This document shows positions 50,990-63,900 of a DNA stretch of 64,000 nt, piece by piece. The notes below the pieces were generated by a model. It was not told the DNA's origin. It saw only the letters and a list, made by a program, of their open reading frames with translations, and did not search any database. The DNA is from Mobula hypostoma (lineage: Eukaryota). Location of the stretch: positions 14,384,001 to 14,448,000 of the forward strand of contig NC_086125.1 of assembly GCF_963921235.1 (NCBI RefSeq), read 5' to 3'. The translations under genes and the position numbers were made by a program. Every line of letters starts with the position of its first letter. Position 1 is the stretch's first letter.

Positions 50990-51200
50990 ATATTAAAAGC
51001 CCTCAGAAGCCCTGCCCAAGCAGCAGGAGGAGCAGAGCACCTCGGTCTGCCGGACGGCATCCCAACAGCGCCGCCTGCCCCACCAGAGGAAGAGACCTAA
51101 CTGGCCTCTCTAATCGCCTCAAAAACGGCATAGCCTGTGGAAGGAAGTCATCCTCGATCATGAGGAAATGCCTCGTGGGGAGAAAAAGAACAACTCAGTT
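50990..51200 (-). promoter_or_regulatory. Candidate GMIP promoter/5'UTR
   Basis: Local GC/CpG enrichment and ETS-type cores (AGGAAGT ~51142, GAGGAA ~51086 and ~51162) directly upstream of the candidate first exon. Confidence 0.35.
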
Positions 51201-51889
51201 GCCCTAACGTGGGACATCTATCTCCGCATTATGAAGATGACCGAGTGATGGTGAGCTATTGTTAATGGTAAGCAGTGGAACATGGTAGCTGGAGTCAATG
51301 CCAGTGGGAGCTGGAACAGAAAGGGAGAATAGAACATAGGGACTAATTTTACGTATTATGATTTCAGCCTTCCTTCCCTTTTTCACTTCTGAGAAGGCTG
51401 AATTTAGACTGCCAGTCAAGAGCCCTTTTCGACAAAAACACACACACACTGCAATCTCAAGCTGTACAAAATTATCTTCTGAGTGTACAACAGCTGTATT
51501 GGTATGTGTAGGGAGGATAAATTCCGCTCCCAATCATTGAGTAGTTGTTCTTTTTAAATCAGGGTTGAAACTCCTGTACCTGTTACAAACCTGAACCATC
51601 CTGCAGACTATCCAGCTTCAAGAACTGTACTCACTAGCTGGTTAGGATGGGACACTTTGCACCCAAAGAGCAAAGGTCGCCTTTTAGTGTGGCACTGTAA
51701 CACCAAACAGCTGTGAAAGAGCCTCACATGATCTTCTACAAACTGCTGACCACAGTCACATCACTTCCCACTAATGTATTATGTGATATTTACGCTTTGG
51801 CACGCTACTGAATGGTCAAGTTATAAGCAAACTTCCATACCAGTTTATTGTTGAGTTGACACCTCAATCAGCGAGGGACACGTTTGTTC

Positions 51890-52300
51890 AGATTCTCCAG
51901 GTGCTGCCAGGATGAGACACTGAAGCCAGGCTCCATTTGCCCCCTCAGATACAAGAGATCCTGCAGATACCAAAAATCCAGAACAACACACACAGAATGT
52001 TGGAGGAACTCAGATAGCATCTATAGAAAAGGAAAAACAGTCAATGTTTCAGACTGCATGAAGGGTACTGGCCCAAAACCTCGACTATTTATTCACTTCC
52101 TTAGATGCTTCTCGACATGCTGAATTCCTCCAGCATTTTTTGTGCTACTCTTTCCTATATTCTGGCTAATACTTATCAACCAGCATCACTAAAATAATCA
52201 GATTATCATGCATAGCTCCAACAACAGTGGCCAAAATTCCCCAAGTATACCATTGGCCATAAGATACTTCAGAACATCATGGGTTGTGAAAATGACATGC
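51890..52300 (+). mobile_element. Degraded DeuSINE/SacSINE1-like element
   Basis: gatgagacactgaagccaggctccatttgccccctcag and tggctaatacttatcaaccagcatcactaaaa...gattatc resemble the Deu domain as I recall it. Confidence 0.5.
51950..52150. mobile_element. Inverted PLE termini inserted in an older SINE
   Basis: aatgttggaggaactcag...tgctgaattcctccagcattt, with hammerhead remnants at the centre. Confidence 0.7.
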
Positions 52301-52470
52301 CTGGCCTTCCTAGTATAGGTGAGGCATCTGGTCAGAGAGTTACCTGTCAAACACTAGGAATTCCTTTGTCCTTCAGGAGTCCCCAGCAGGATTAGTTGAT
52401 GTACTTAGTTGTTATCCAATGCATTGTACCTGCTACTCACAATCCTATGTTGTCTTGCATTTCTCTGCCT

Positions 52471-52520
52471 TGACTTAGCCAAACTCAGAGCAGGGAAGTC
52501 CCTGGTATCCATGACTCAGC
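52471..52520. promoter_or_regulatory. NF-kB plus AP-1/ARE motif cluster
   Basis: GGGAAGTCCC 52493-52502, TGACTCAGC 52512-52520 and TGACTTAGC 52471-52479 in non-repeat DNA. Confidence 0.35.
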
Positions 52521-52892
52521 GTCAGGAAAAGGAACCAGGGCTTAGATTTAGATCTGTTTCCGCTGTTGGATCCAGTTATTTATGTTACAACTTCACCTTT
52601 CAGCCATGCAACACTGTTAATGCAGTCAGTCCAGACTGCTTTGATCGCGTGTTAAAATTTGACTCTCACACTGGGGTAGAAGAGACGACCCAGAGGTCTG
52701 GCCAGAGGGGTGAATTTCAGCTGGGGTGGGCGCGGGGGGGGAAAGAGAGATTTAAGAAAGGAAATAGGGTCCAGATAGCTGAAGAGGAATGGAGTCGTCT
52801 GAGGCTTTCTGCTATTTCTTGCTTGTTTCAATTTGATTAGATTTTGTTCAGTGGCACCAACTCTGTTCCCTTTTGCATTTGAATAGACTTAC

Positions 52893-53079
52893 CCCTTCTA
52901 AGTCTATTTCCTGTTAGCCCTTCAGTGGGCTGATCAAGCTTCCACTCTGCTGGGGAGGTTCCTTTTCCAGTATCTTTACTGCAGCTCCAACGAGACCATC
53001 CTTCCTCTCTCAGGCGAGACCGAAGGCAGCAGGGTTTGGCTGACCATCTGATGGGGAAGGGCACTGCCACACCATTCAT
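52893..53079 (-). CDS. Candidate alternative first coding exon (MNGVAVPFPIRWSAKPCC...NRLRR-G)
   Basis: Open 62-codon frame in unique sequence ending at GGG|gtaagt in phase 1, compatible with exon 2. No homology support. Confidence 0.35.
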
Positions 53080-53773
53080 CCCTCTGCATGCTTCCACTAG
53101 CAGTCGCTTCAAAATGGTTAAGACCCGGGTAACTTTCTATAAAACTTGGCACAAAGGCTAATTATGATAACGCTAAAATAAAAAGTTCTGGCTTAGATCA
53201 GCTGGCCCAACCCAACCTTCGTTCTGGGCCTTCTTGCTGCAGGTGCACTGTGCTGACAGCGAGCTGTCAGAATGCTCGTTTTAACAAGACAATCCCACTG
53301 AAGGCTGATTATTCACCACCACCTCCCTGTCCTCCCTTTTAACTCAACGTACAAGATGCAAAGATACAGCAGGCGAGTATTGAGCCTGAGCTAGGGTCTG
53401 GGTGTTCGGGGTGGGGAAGCTCCCGACTTTCACCTGTAGTACCCATGACACCACCTCAGTTAATGAGATTTCTCATGCTCCCTCATGAAGTCTTTGTCAC
53501 AGTACTGTAGTTCATAATGCATAAAAGACCATCTTCCTGAGAGAAGGCAGAAGACCCTCCTTGCTCCATACCTGCAGGGTCCACTCGCACCACCTCCTCC
53601 TGGTGCTAAAGAGCCCCTCACAATGTGGGTTCAGTCTGTCCAGAGTCACAGTGGACATAACCTTTGCCACTCAACAGCTTCCACAGAGAAGTGCAGCAAT
53701 TGGTTCTGTCCACTACAGGTGTACTTTCTCATCTTCCAGGTGAGAGGTATTCTAGAGCAACCTCCTCTTAGAT

Positions 53774-53850
53774 CAGGGGTTTGCAACATGGAGTCCATGG
53801 ACCCCCCGTTTAATGGTAGAGGTCCACAGCATAAAGGTTGGGAACTCCTA
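53774..53850. mobile_element. hAT MITE, same family
   Basis: caggggtttgcaacatggagtccatggacccc...ggttgggaactcct, preceded by cttagat. Confidence 0.7.
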
Positions 53851-54559
53851 CAGAAACAGCTTCATGATTACAGGCAGGTTATGATCCCAACACAGATCAC
53901 AGCTACTTCATTACACATTACACTTCATTACTTTTCTTCCAATATCACACACTGGAACGTAGGTAACCTGCAAGACAAATGGAAATCTAAAGCTCCCTCC
54001 CCGCCAGGTACAAGGCCGACCAACCCCACTCAGTAGCCAGGTTTCTGAATAGTCAATGTATGTTTTGAACATAATGAGAGACCAAGTTCAAAGTCAGTGA
54101 AATGTACAGTGGGGGTTGACCTTTCACTCAATGGACAGCACAGTGTTCCAGCAAATAGCGCATTTGCCTCACAGCTGTGGTGCTTGGTTCAATCCCTGTG
54201 CAGTTTGCATGTTCTCCTTATGAACGTGTGGGTTTCCTCCAGGTGCTCTGGTTCCTTCCCCCAAACCAAAGAATGCAGAAGACGAAGGGAGGTGAAGTGG
54301 GAAAAGGTAGAAATTCCAGCATTTCCTCTGCTGCTGGTGTTAGCAGAACTCATACATAGTTCTCAGTTTTCTCTCTGCCCCCCCCCCCTTCCGATGTACA
54401 GCTCCTATGTTCTACCTTCAGATCCACAGAAACTATTCTAGAATCCGTGGAATTCTGGAAGTTACAAACATCACATCAACTTTCTGTTCCTTGAAAACCT
54501 CAGGAAACAGGTCACCAGGTACAACTGATGACCCTTCGATTTCTCTGTTCTGCTTTGCC

Positions 54560-55370
54560 AAAAGTGGAACTTTTCAGTGGCTCAACATTTTAATTCCCAT
54601 TCCCACTCTGATACGCCAGCCTACGGCTTCCTCTTGTGCCAAGATAGGACCACCTCATGGTGGAGGAGCAACACCTTTTATTCCATCTGGATAGCCTCCA
54701 AACTAAATGGCACAAATATAGATCTTTCCTTCCAGTAAACAAACACCCTTCCCATCTCCTTTTCTTCTATTTCCCACTGGATACCTTCTCTCTCCTGTCT
54801 ATCACCCCCCGGTGTCCCTTCTTCTTCCCTTTCTCCTATGGTCTACCCTCCTCTCCACTCAGGTTTCTTCCTCTCCAGCCCTTTATCTTTCCCACCCACC
54901 TACTTCTGTCATGGTCCTGTCTGGCAATCCCCCACCTTGCCATTTGCCTCAAGATTTGGGCCTCGCTCACCTCATTTAGATTCCAATCATTCCCAAGTAC
55001 CACTAGCTACACGCACCTGCTTCCCATCAAACGGCAGGATAAGAACCCTGTGACCACAGCAAGAAGCCGCCAGTTCGTTGGTCGACTCTTGTGAGAGTAA
55101 ACCTTGTTTCCTATTCCTGAGACCTGTTAGTTTTAAGCTTCGCAGCGTCTCCTGGATATCGGCTCCCCGTTCGCGGAGGTGCTACGCCTAACGACTCTGC
55201 CTCAGCATCTGTGTCCTGCACTTGGGTTCATCCCCAGCCACATCCTTGCAACAACTTCACCTATTACCTTCTAGCTAACCTTCTTAATTCACGCCACCTT
55301 TTAATTCTGCCATCTTCCCCCTTCCTTTCCAGTACCGAAGAAGGGTCTTGGCCTGAAACGTTGACTGTTA
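54560..55370 (+). mobile_element. PLE 3' fragment interrupted by a solo LTR
   Basis: EEQHLLFHLDSLQ frame, pyrimidine tract, degenerate hammerhead near 55330-55367. Confidence 0.78.
54907..55253 (+). mobile_element. Solo LTR (probably Gypsy-type)
   Basis: Starts TGTCA, ends CAACA, 347 bp; 5-bp TSD acttc at 54902-54906 and 55254-55258; flanking PLE sequence rejoins across it. Confidence 0.8.
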
Positions 55371-55459
55371 AGAACACCGAACACATTCAGATAAAGAGTA
55401 TTCAATATCATCTTTTTACCATTTTCCTGCCGTTGGACATTCATTGGAGATCAAGGCAA

Positions 55460-56570
55460 AGTCAAACAGCACAGAAACTCGCTCATTGGCCCAACTCATC
55501 TGTGCTGACTGTGTTGCTCAGCGAGTCAGCCCAATCCAAAGCCCTCTAAACCTTTCCTGTCCATGTAACTATCTAGATGGCTTTTTAATGTTGCTAACAT
55601 GTCTTCCTCAACCACTATATCTGCCTGCCTATTCTAAATGAGCACCACCTTTTAGGTGAAGAAGCTGCCCCTTTTAAACTTCTCAGCTCTTAAACCCATC
55701 TCCATTTGCTTTATAGCACCCTTTACCTGGGAAAAAGACTTTGTGCTTTCACCCTGTTTATACTCCCCATGATATCATATACATCTATTAGACCAAACCT
55801 CAATCTCCCATATTCCAGGAAATAAAATCCTAGTCTAAGCAACCTCTCCCTGTAGCTCAGGTCCCCAAGACCAGGCACATCCTGGTAGAATCTTTACTAT
55901 GTTCTTTCTAGTTTAATAACATCTTTCCTATAACAAAGGAAAGGACAGGTACGTCACATCCAAAGTTTCTTCTGTTAGCGGACGAATTCCCTCCATGAGG
56001 AACTGCGTATGAGGCAAGTTACAGCAGTGGTTTGCCATTGCCTTCTGCCGGGTGAGTTTCCAAAGAGATCACCAGCTCGTAACCCAGCACGGATGGAAAG
56101 CGTGCAGGGGAGCCGGCTGGATTCGAACTCGGGACCTTTCGTCCCGAAGTCCGGCACTGATGCTACTATGCCACCAGCCGCCTATAACAAAACCATACCC
56201 AATACTTCGAGTGCGTCTTATATAGTTGGCAGAATAACTTCCCAACTCCTATACTCTACACCCTGACTGATGAAGGTCGACGTGCAACAAGCTTTCTTCA
56301 TCATCCTGCCTGCCTGTGCCACCCCTTTCAGTGAAATATACACGTCCCTCTATTCCACCACACTCCCCAAGGCTTTACTATTCACTGCACCAGTCTTATC
56401 CTGGATTGACTGTAATACCCCACATTTGTCTGCACTGTAAACCATTTGCCAATCTTTAGCCCGCATATCTAGCTGATCAAGATCTTTCTGTATTTTTCAT
56501 AACCTTCTACAATATCTATAACACCTATTTTAGTATCATCTGTAAACTCACTAACCATTCTGTAAGATAT
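55460..56570 (-). mobile_element. CR1 LINE fragment interrupted by a SINE
   Basis: Degraded CR1 RT C-terminus and 3'UTR. Confidence 0.7.
55938..56182 (-). mobile_element. tRNA-derived SINE with RTE/BovB-like tail
   Basis: Head ggcggctggtggcatagtagc...gagttcgaatcc; motif ggcaatggcaaaccactgc; TSD (cc)tataacaaa. Confidence 0.8.
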
Positions 56571-57164
56571 ACTCTCAGGTCTACAAGCTCTTTCACTTCC
56601 TGATAGACTTTGGTCTTATTATCTATAGATCATTAGCCAAGTGTATTAAATTTTACAGCCTCTTTAAATTTCACTTGACTTGAATGCAAAGTAAACATGA
56701 ATGGTATGAGTGTAAATAGCCTGACTTGGGCAGTTTCAGGAGTGAGATTGAAATTATTTCCAGTTCTCGCTACAAGCAGAAAATAGCATTTAAGTTGCAC
56801 TGTGTGACATAGCAATGAGCTATTTGGCACAAGAAGTGTAATGAAATATTACTTTCTCTTGCTGGTTGTAACCTGAAGATCTCACCCCCATGAAGGACTT
56901 CTCATTTGGGCTATACTCCAACATCCCACCCTGCACCTTTGACAAACCTTGACCGAACAATGAAAATCAGACGACTATAGACACTGCAAACCTGTACCAA
57001 AAAGTGCTGCCAAAACTCAGCAGGTCAGGCAGCATCTGTGGAATAAGAGTTAACTATATCAACCTGATTAACTTCTATACAATCACCAGAGGACACAGAT
57101 TTCAAGTAAGAGTGAGGAAAGTTTAAAGGAGATAGGCAAGAATAATTTAAAAAAACAGATAGTC

Positions 57165-58540
57165 AAGTAAAATTTATTATTAGAGTATACATATGTTACC
57201 ACATGCAACCCTGAAATTCTTTTGCCTGTGGGCATTCTCAGCATATCTAAAGAATAGTAACTTCCGGTTAACTTGCTTTTGAAGATATTCCTCAGCTTAC
57301 TGGTAAATTTGGTGAGATTGATAAGGACTTTGAGCGGGGCGGCCCAGACATATTGGGGCACTGGGATCTGAGTCCTGGAATGTGGTACTGCTCGGAGCTC
57401 TGACAATTTAAACGCCGGAACAAATAGACTGGAAGCCCGAGTGTCAGGTACGGAGGCAAGGGTTGGGCTGATTTTGTTCGCTCTCCCGTGAATGTTCATT
57501 CCTTTCTTCACGGCGCCGAGGCTGTGAACTGATCCAGCTGCTGTGTGTTTCTGCACCGCTGGTGTGAAAACTGGGGACCGAGGATCGGTTTGGACCTACC
57601 CTAGCTGCGCCGGGAGCGGATCTGGGACTCAGTCTGGTTTGGGATGCTGTTGGCTTGCTTTTCTTTGCATGATGTGTGTATTTTTTTCCTTCTCTCTTTC
57701 TCTGTGCCTTTGGACTTTTTCTAAAATAGGGTTATTTGAGTTTCTTGTTTTGTGGCTGTCTGTAAGCAGACAAATTTCAAAGTGTATAATTTATACATTC
57801 TTTGATAATAAATGTGCCTTGAATCTTTGAGTGCAGAAGACAACAAACTGTGCAAATGCAAATATAAATAAACAGCAATAAATAATGAGATGAAGAGTCC
57901 TTAAAGTGAGATCATTGGTTGTGGGAACATCTCAATGGATGGGCGAGTGTAGTTTTCCCCTTTTGTTAAAATGCCTGATGGTTGAAGGGTAGTAACTGTT
58001 CTTGAACCTGGTGGTGCCAGTCCTGAGACTCTTGTACCTTCTACCTGATGGCAGTAGTAAGAAAAGAGTATGGTCTGGGTGGTGAGAATCTTTGACGATG
58101 GATGCTGCTTTTCTACAGCAACATTTCATGTAGATGTGCCCAATGGTTGGGAGGGCTTTGCCCTTGATGTACTGTGTCAAATCCACTAACTTTTGTTGGA
58201 TTTTCCATACAAAGGCTTTGGGGTTTCCATACCAGGCTGTGATGCAGCCAGTCAATACATTCTCCACTACACATTTATAGATGTTTGTCAACGTTTCTGA
58301 ATCTCCGAGACTCCTAAGGAACTGGAGTTGCTGCCCTGCTTTCTTCGCAGTTGCGTTTATGTGCTGGGTCCAGGATAGGTCCAGTGAAATAGTAACACCC
58401 AGGAATGTAAATTTGCTAACCCTCTCCACCTCCGATCCTTCGATGAGGCCTGGCTCATGGACCTCCAGTTTCCCTCTCCTGGTCTGCAGTCAGTTCCTTC
58501 ATCTTGCTGACACTGAGCGAGAGGTTGTTGTTATGACACT
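57165..58540 (-). mobile_element. Rex1-like LINE 3' fragment with a plus-strand insert (~57265-57830)
   Basis: ORF 57932-58429 FLGVTIS.DLSW...LTGCITAWYGN...RKAASIVKD...LPSGRRYKSL. Confidence 0.82.
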
Positions 58541-60150
58541 AAGTAGATAGTTAGCTTTTGTTACAACAACTATTAGATAGTTGTGGTGCCTGGAACCTAC
58601 TGCCAGGGGAGGTGGTTGAAGGAGACACAATAGCAACCTTCAGGCACTCAGACCAATACATGAGCTAGCGGAGAACTGAGGAATATAGACTGTAAAAATA
58701 ATTGGCATCGTGATCTGCAAAGACAAGGTGGTCCAAAAAGCCTGTTCCTGTGCCATAAAGTTTAGGTTCAAATGTCATTCAGCCATACATGAAGACCCAC
58801 GAATACAACCCAACGAAACAGCATTACTCTGTGACCAAGGTGCAAAACACACATTACCGGCACAGCGCACGTGTAAGATAACAAGCACAGAATCAGTAAA
58901 ACACAGTCACACAAGGACCAAGACGCCAAGTCCATGAATGTTGCAGCAGTCTGCAAGTCAAACACTTGATTCCAGCTTGGGTGCCATACCACCCTGCTCC
59001 CACCTCTCTCCTAGGCAGCTGTACGTCGGTAACACCACAGCCTGAGGCATTGACCTTGCTATGACTGAGGCACCGCAGCTCTCCTGCTGCCTGCTAATAC
59101 ATCGGTGAATCAGACTTGTAGCTTTCCACATTAACAGGGTCCAACAGGGTCTTGCGATCACAAGATAAGCCAATAACACAATCGCTCATTGTGAAGACTG
59201 CACATCGCCTTCCGAAGCCTCTCTGACTCAGCATGATCCACACCAACGCCTCCAGCTTCACCGCCAACGAGCAACTCACTGATGAGGTAAACCTGCAGTG
59301 ACTCAAGTTTTTAATATCCAGCAGGGTCTTGAGATTGTAAAAAATGTTTCAAAAAGACAACAGCACCTTTGTTTGGGCCTGTGGAAGGTGCTGCGACCAA
59401 GCGTTCCACCATCTGTACCTTTATGTTCTACGTTCAGCAGTTTATCTGCGTTGCAGCCTCAGCCAATCAGAGAAATTCTCTTTGTCCTATCCATTGCAGA
59501 ATCAGCATTACGTTGTTCAGACAGAGAGCCCACCATTCAAGGGCAACAAGAGGCAAAAATATGCCAGACTCACCAACAACACTAGTGTCACTTGAATAAA
59601 TCAACAAATTACCTGTCAGTTACTTATCAAAGTTGATCCTGTTAATCAATGGATCTTTAACTACAGACTTGCCTTGGACATATTTGGTCCATTTCTAACC
59701 CTTGTATTATTGATGCCTGACTACAATTCAATCATTGTTCTTGAATGTCCTTCTTTGGACTCTTATGATCCCCTCTATTGCTCTAACAGGTTTAGTTCTT
59801 TGCAGTCAGCCACTTTTGTCTGACTGCCACTCAGCAATTCAGGAACAGCTTCTTCCCCTTTGCCACCCAATTTCCAAATGGACATTGAATCCTTGGACAC
59901 TATCTCACTTTTTTAAAAAAAGTGGAAAAAACAGAAATGCTGTATATTTTAATCTATTCAATATATGCAATTTCTTTGTTGATTTATTATTATTTTATTT
60001 TTCTCTTCTATATTATGTATTGCATTGAAATGCTTCTGCTAAGTTAACAAATTTCACGTCACATGCCGGTGATAATAAACTTGATACTGATTTTCCTTCT
60101 ACTGTTCTTAACTAGCTTCAATGCCTGAGATTATCAATGCTGTTTCTTAC

Positions 60151-60236
60151 CTGCAACACCTCTTTCTGCTAACAACAAACAACTACCCAACAACATTCGG
60201 TTTTAGATGCTATTGGTGAAGTTCAGCAACTTGTTG
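60151..60236 (-). other. Candidate upstream exon with internal ATG (60196; MLLGSCLLLAERGVA-G)
   Basis: Acceptor tgtttttatttttgccgccag, donor CAG|gtaaga, phase 1 from the ATG. Could be chance. Confidence 0.2.
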
Positions 60237-60354
60237 CTGGCGGCAAAAATAAAAACAGCTGTACTTTATTAATCACATCTTTTTCTGGTAAATGAGTACT
60301 GCAAACAATAGGCTGTAACTTCCCTGTCAGAGTTCAGCTTTTGAACTGCCTCTA

Positions 60355-60962
60355 CCACCTGGCGATGTTTCCGAGTGGGAAATGAGCCAATGTATGGCCA
60401 TTGCTGGACTGTACTTGGAGGTATTCAATGCGGCAGAATTGAGGCGAGGCAGAGTCGGGCCGAGAACAAGGAAGGGACCCGAGGTTTGATTGATTTAAGC
60501 ATGAGCCAATTGGAAGGTCGGGTACGGGCCGAATTGAGGTGGCAGGGCTCAGGCCCACGAGCATATCGAAGTGGCAAGGTCTGGGTCCAAGACTGAAGAA
60601 TGATCTGAGAATTGGACGATTTAAGCCCCGGGCCAAATTGAAAAGGTCAGGATGTCAGGGCCGGAGGTGTGGGATGGATCAGGTAGCTTACTGGTCCAGG
60701 AGGTTTACTTGTCTGAGGCGGTGGCCTGCAACTAACGGGCTTATGTGGACTAACTTGCGTGAACTTCGGCTCTGGAAGCTATTTGCCTACTTTTATTGTC
60801 TGCACGATTTCTTTTATTTTTCTCTGCACAATGGGTGTTCGACGGTCTTCTTTTGTTTTAATGGGTTCTTTTGGGTTTCTTTGTTTTGTGGCTGCTTGTA
60901 AGGGCACGAAATTCAAGGCTGTATAAAGTATACATACTTTGATAATAAATGTACTTTGAATG
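60355..60962 (+). mobile_element. Non-autonomous element with Rex1-type tail
   Basis: Ends tactttgataataaatgtactttgaa; related to 57265-57830. Confidence 0.65.
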
Positions 60963-62549
60963 AACAACTTCTGGCTAACATTCCACAATGCCTAACAAGA
61001 GCACAATCAGATGGAATAATACGATACCGATGGAGACATTAAAACAGCTGACAAAAAGCTTGCCTCTGAAATCCTCCACTTTGATTACCAAGAGATCAGT
61101 TTATCTACCATCAGGTTTGTGAAATGACCCGAAAAATCCCAAAGCTACTTTGGCCTCATTTCAACTTGGACTGATGTCATGTTTATTTTGTTGTTTATTT
61201 TTGTGCATAAATAGGGTTATGTACAATCTAGGTTAATTTATGGAACCTATGTTTGTCATGTACTGTCAAAAATCTAATTTTTGTAGCAATTGTAACCAGT
61301 GTATGTTGTTCCCATGACTTGAATTGAAGAGGAAGGAGCAGAGAGACAGAGACATTTAGCAAGGGAATCCCAGAGGTGAGAATTCAGGTGGCTACAACAA
61401 TGGGATTGTAGCCATTGCTTAACTTATTGTGTTGATTGATTGACTTTCTGGAACCCATTCCTTTATCTCATCAGAATCAATCTCACTTTCTTTCCCTCTT
61501 TATTTCTTGCTTGATTTTCCATCGTATTCACTGACATTTCTTCCTGACATTAATTTTGAACCACCTTCTCCCCCAAAAAAATGACGGAGCATCGGCAGTG
61601 GGAAACGTACAAGTGGCCAGATCAGAGAAAACAAACGATCAGAAAAGTGTTGCAGAGCCGAGCGTGCTTTAGGTCAGAAGAAGCAAGGGTATGGACAGAT
61701 TTTTAAAACAGTACAATTATTAATCTGAGACACCTTATACTAGTTTCTAGCTGTGGACAGCTGTACTGGGCATCTAATGCAAAACCAAAAAAGCCACAAC
61801 TGTTTGTCTTTTATATTTCTCACCTTACAAGATGGAGGTTTTTTTTAGCTTTGATCGGAGTGCTCGCAGGGCTACGCCACCTGAGAGCACTCCACATCAG
61901 ACTATGCCACCCCTGAAAGCACCCCAAACAATCGCACCGCCCCAATTATTTCCATGTAATCCATTGTCCCTCACATTCCCATCACCTTCCCTGATTCTCC
62001 TGCCATCCACCTCCTCTACAGAAACGTTATGGACACTACCAGGATAGCTTCTGCGTGTGGGAAGAAATTGAAGGATTCGGGGGAATCTCACACAGTCACA
62101 GGGGAGTGTGCAAACTCGACACTGCAAACTGCGCAGGTGGGTTGGGAGTTGTGAGGGAGCTGCACTATCTTCTGCTGCCTTCAGAGTCTTCACAAATGGA
62201 GATGAATAAGTCATGTAGGATACTGACAGTGTAGCTAGGGAGGAGTCAGTACCATTGGTGGAGGCAGCAGGATTGGGGTCTTGCCCTCGATAAATGATAG
62301 AAACACAACTAGGATCCACAACACTTCTCATGCTCTTAGTCCTCAGTAACTTTCAATTCCCTGGCACTAACCACTTGATTTTTAGTTCCTATACACTTCC
62401 ATGGCGCATCAAGAAAGCCTCAAAGCTCTCTGCTTCTTTCCTAACAGAAGAACCAACCACTTCCCCTCCACCACCATCACCCTCCTCTATTTGGCAGATT
62501 TGGTCCTTACCCACAACAATTTTTCCTCTGGCTCCTCCCATTTACGCTA

Positions 62550-63900
62550 GACTCAAGGGGTAGCACGAGCACCCGCAGGGGCCCCTGTTATTCCTGACTC
62601 TTTGTTGGCTACATAAAACGGTTCATGTTTGAAGCCTTCCTCAGTAATATTCCCCACTCTTCCCTCTGCTATATTGATTTCTGCATTAGTGCTGCTTCAT
62701 ACACCCATGCTGAGGTCATCAACTTTGCCTCTAACGTCCACCCTGCCCTTAAATTCACTTGGTCCATTTCTGACACCTTCCGTCTCTTTCTCAATCTCTC
62801 TGTCTCTGTTACTGGAGACAAACTGTCAACTGACATCTTCTATAAACCCACTGATTCTCATGGGTATCTTGACTATACCTCATCCCACCCCATCTCCTGT
62901 AAAAGAAAAATGGTTCCCTTTTCTCAGTTCCTTTGCATTTGTTCCCAGGATGTGACCTTTTGTTCCAGAACATCAAAGATACCTTCCTTCTTCAATAATG
63001 GGGGTTTCTTTCCTCCACTATTTACGTTACCCTCACCCACATCTCCTTCATTTCCCAAACATCTACACTCACTCCATGTTGTCCTTACCTGCCACCTCAT
63101 GAGCCTCTGCATCCAACAAATCATCCTCCGCAACTTCCGCCATCTTCATAGGGGTCCTACCACTACACATATCTTTACCTGTACCCCGCACTCTGCTTTC
63201 CACAGGGACCGCTCCCTCCACAATCCCCCTGTCCATTCGTCCCTCCCCACTAATCTCCCTCCGTGTACTTATCCCTGCAAGTGCTACATCTGCCCATTCA
63301 CCTCCTCCCTCACTTCCATTCTTGGTCTTGAACAATCCTTCTAGGTGAGGCAGCATGCCACTTGCGAATCTGCTGGGTTGTTTATTGTGTCTGGTGCTCC
63401 CGACGTGGCCTTCTCTACGTTGGTGAGATCCATGGTAAGTTAAGGGGCCGCTTTGTCAAGTGCCTCTGCTCCATCTGCCAAAAGTGGAACTTTCCAGTGG
63501 CCAAACATTTTAATTCCCATTCCCATTCGAATATGTTGGTCCATGGCCTCCTCTTGTGCCCAGATGAGATCACCCTCAGGGTGGAGGTGCAATACCTTAT
63601 ATTTCACTTGAGTACTCTCCAACCTGATGACGTGAATGTCAAATTCTCTTTCCAATTACAAAAAAAATTCGTAGCCCTCCCCTCTTCTTCTATTGCCTAC
63701 TCTAGCCTTTTATCTCTTCTCACCTACCGATCCCTTCCCCCTAGGACCCCCACCTCTTCCCTTTCCCCTCTCCTGTCAGTTTCCAGCCTTTCTTTACCTT
63801 TCTCTCCCACCTGGCTTTACCTATCACCATTCACTTCCCCCCACCTTTTTATTCTGGCATTCTCCCCCTTCCGTTTCAGTCCTGAAGAAGGGTCTTGGCC
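62550..63900 (+). mobile_element. Degraded Penelope-like retroelement (RT C-terminal half, GIY-YIG endonuclease, terminal repeat)
   Basis: ORF 62625-63344 has YID(D), HPALKFTWSISD, KPTDSHGYLDYTSSHP. Frameshifted VYC..C..C...YVGE GIY-YIG region near 63360-63470; truncated hammerhead cagtcctgaagaagggtcttggcc near 63877. Confidence 0.88.

Noticed and set aside
61824-61880. Possible exon (cag|GTGGCG...GTAAG|gtgaga)
   Set aside because: Weak acceptor, stops in two frames, the open frame's phase does not fit exon 2, and no recognisable homology.
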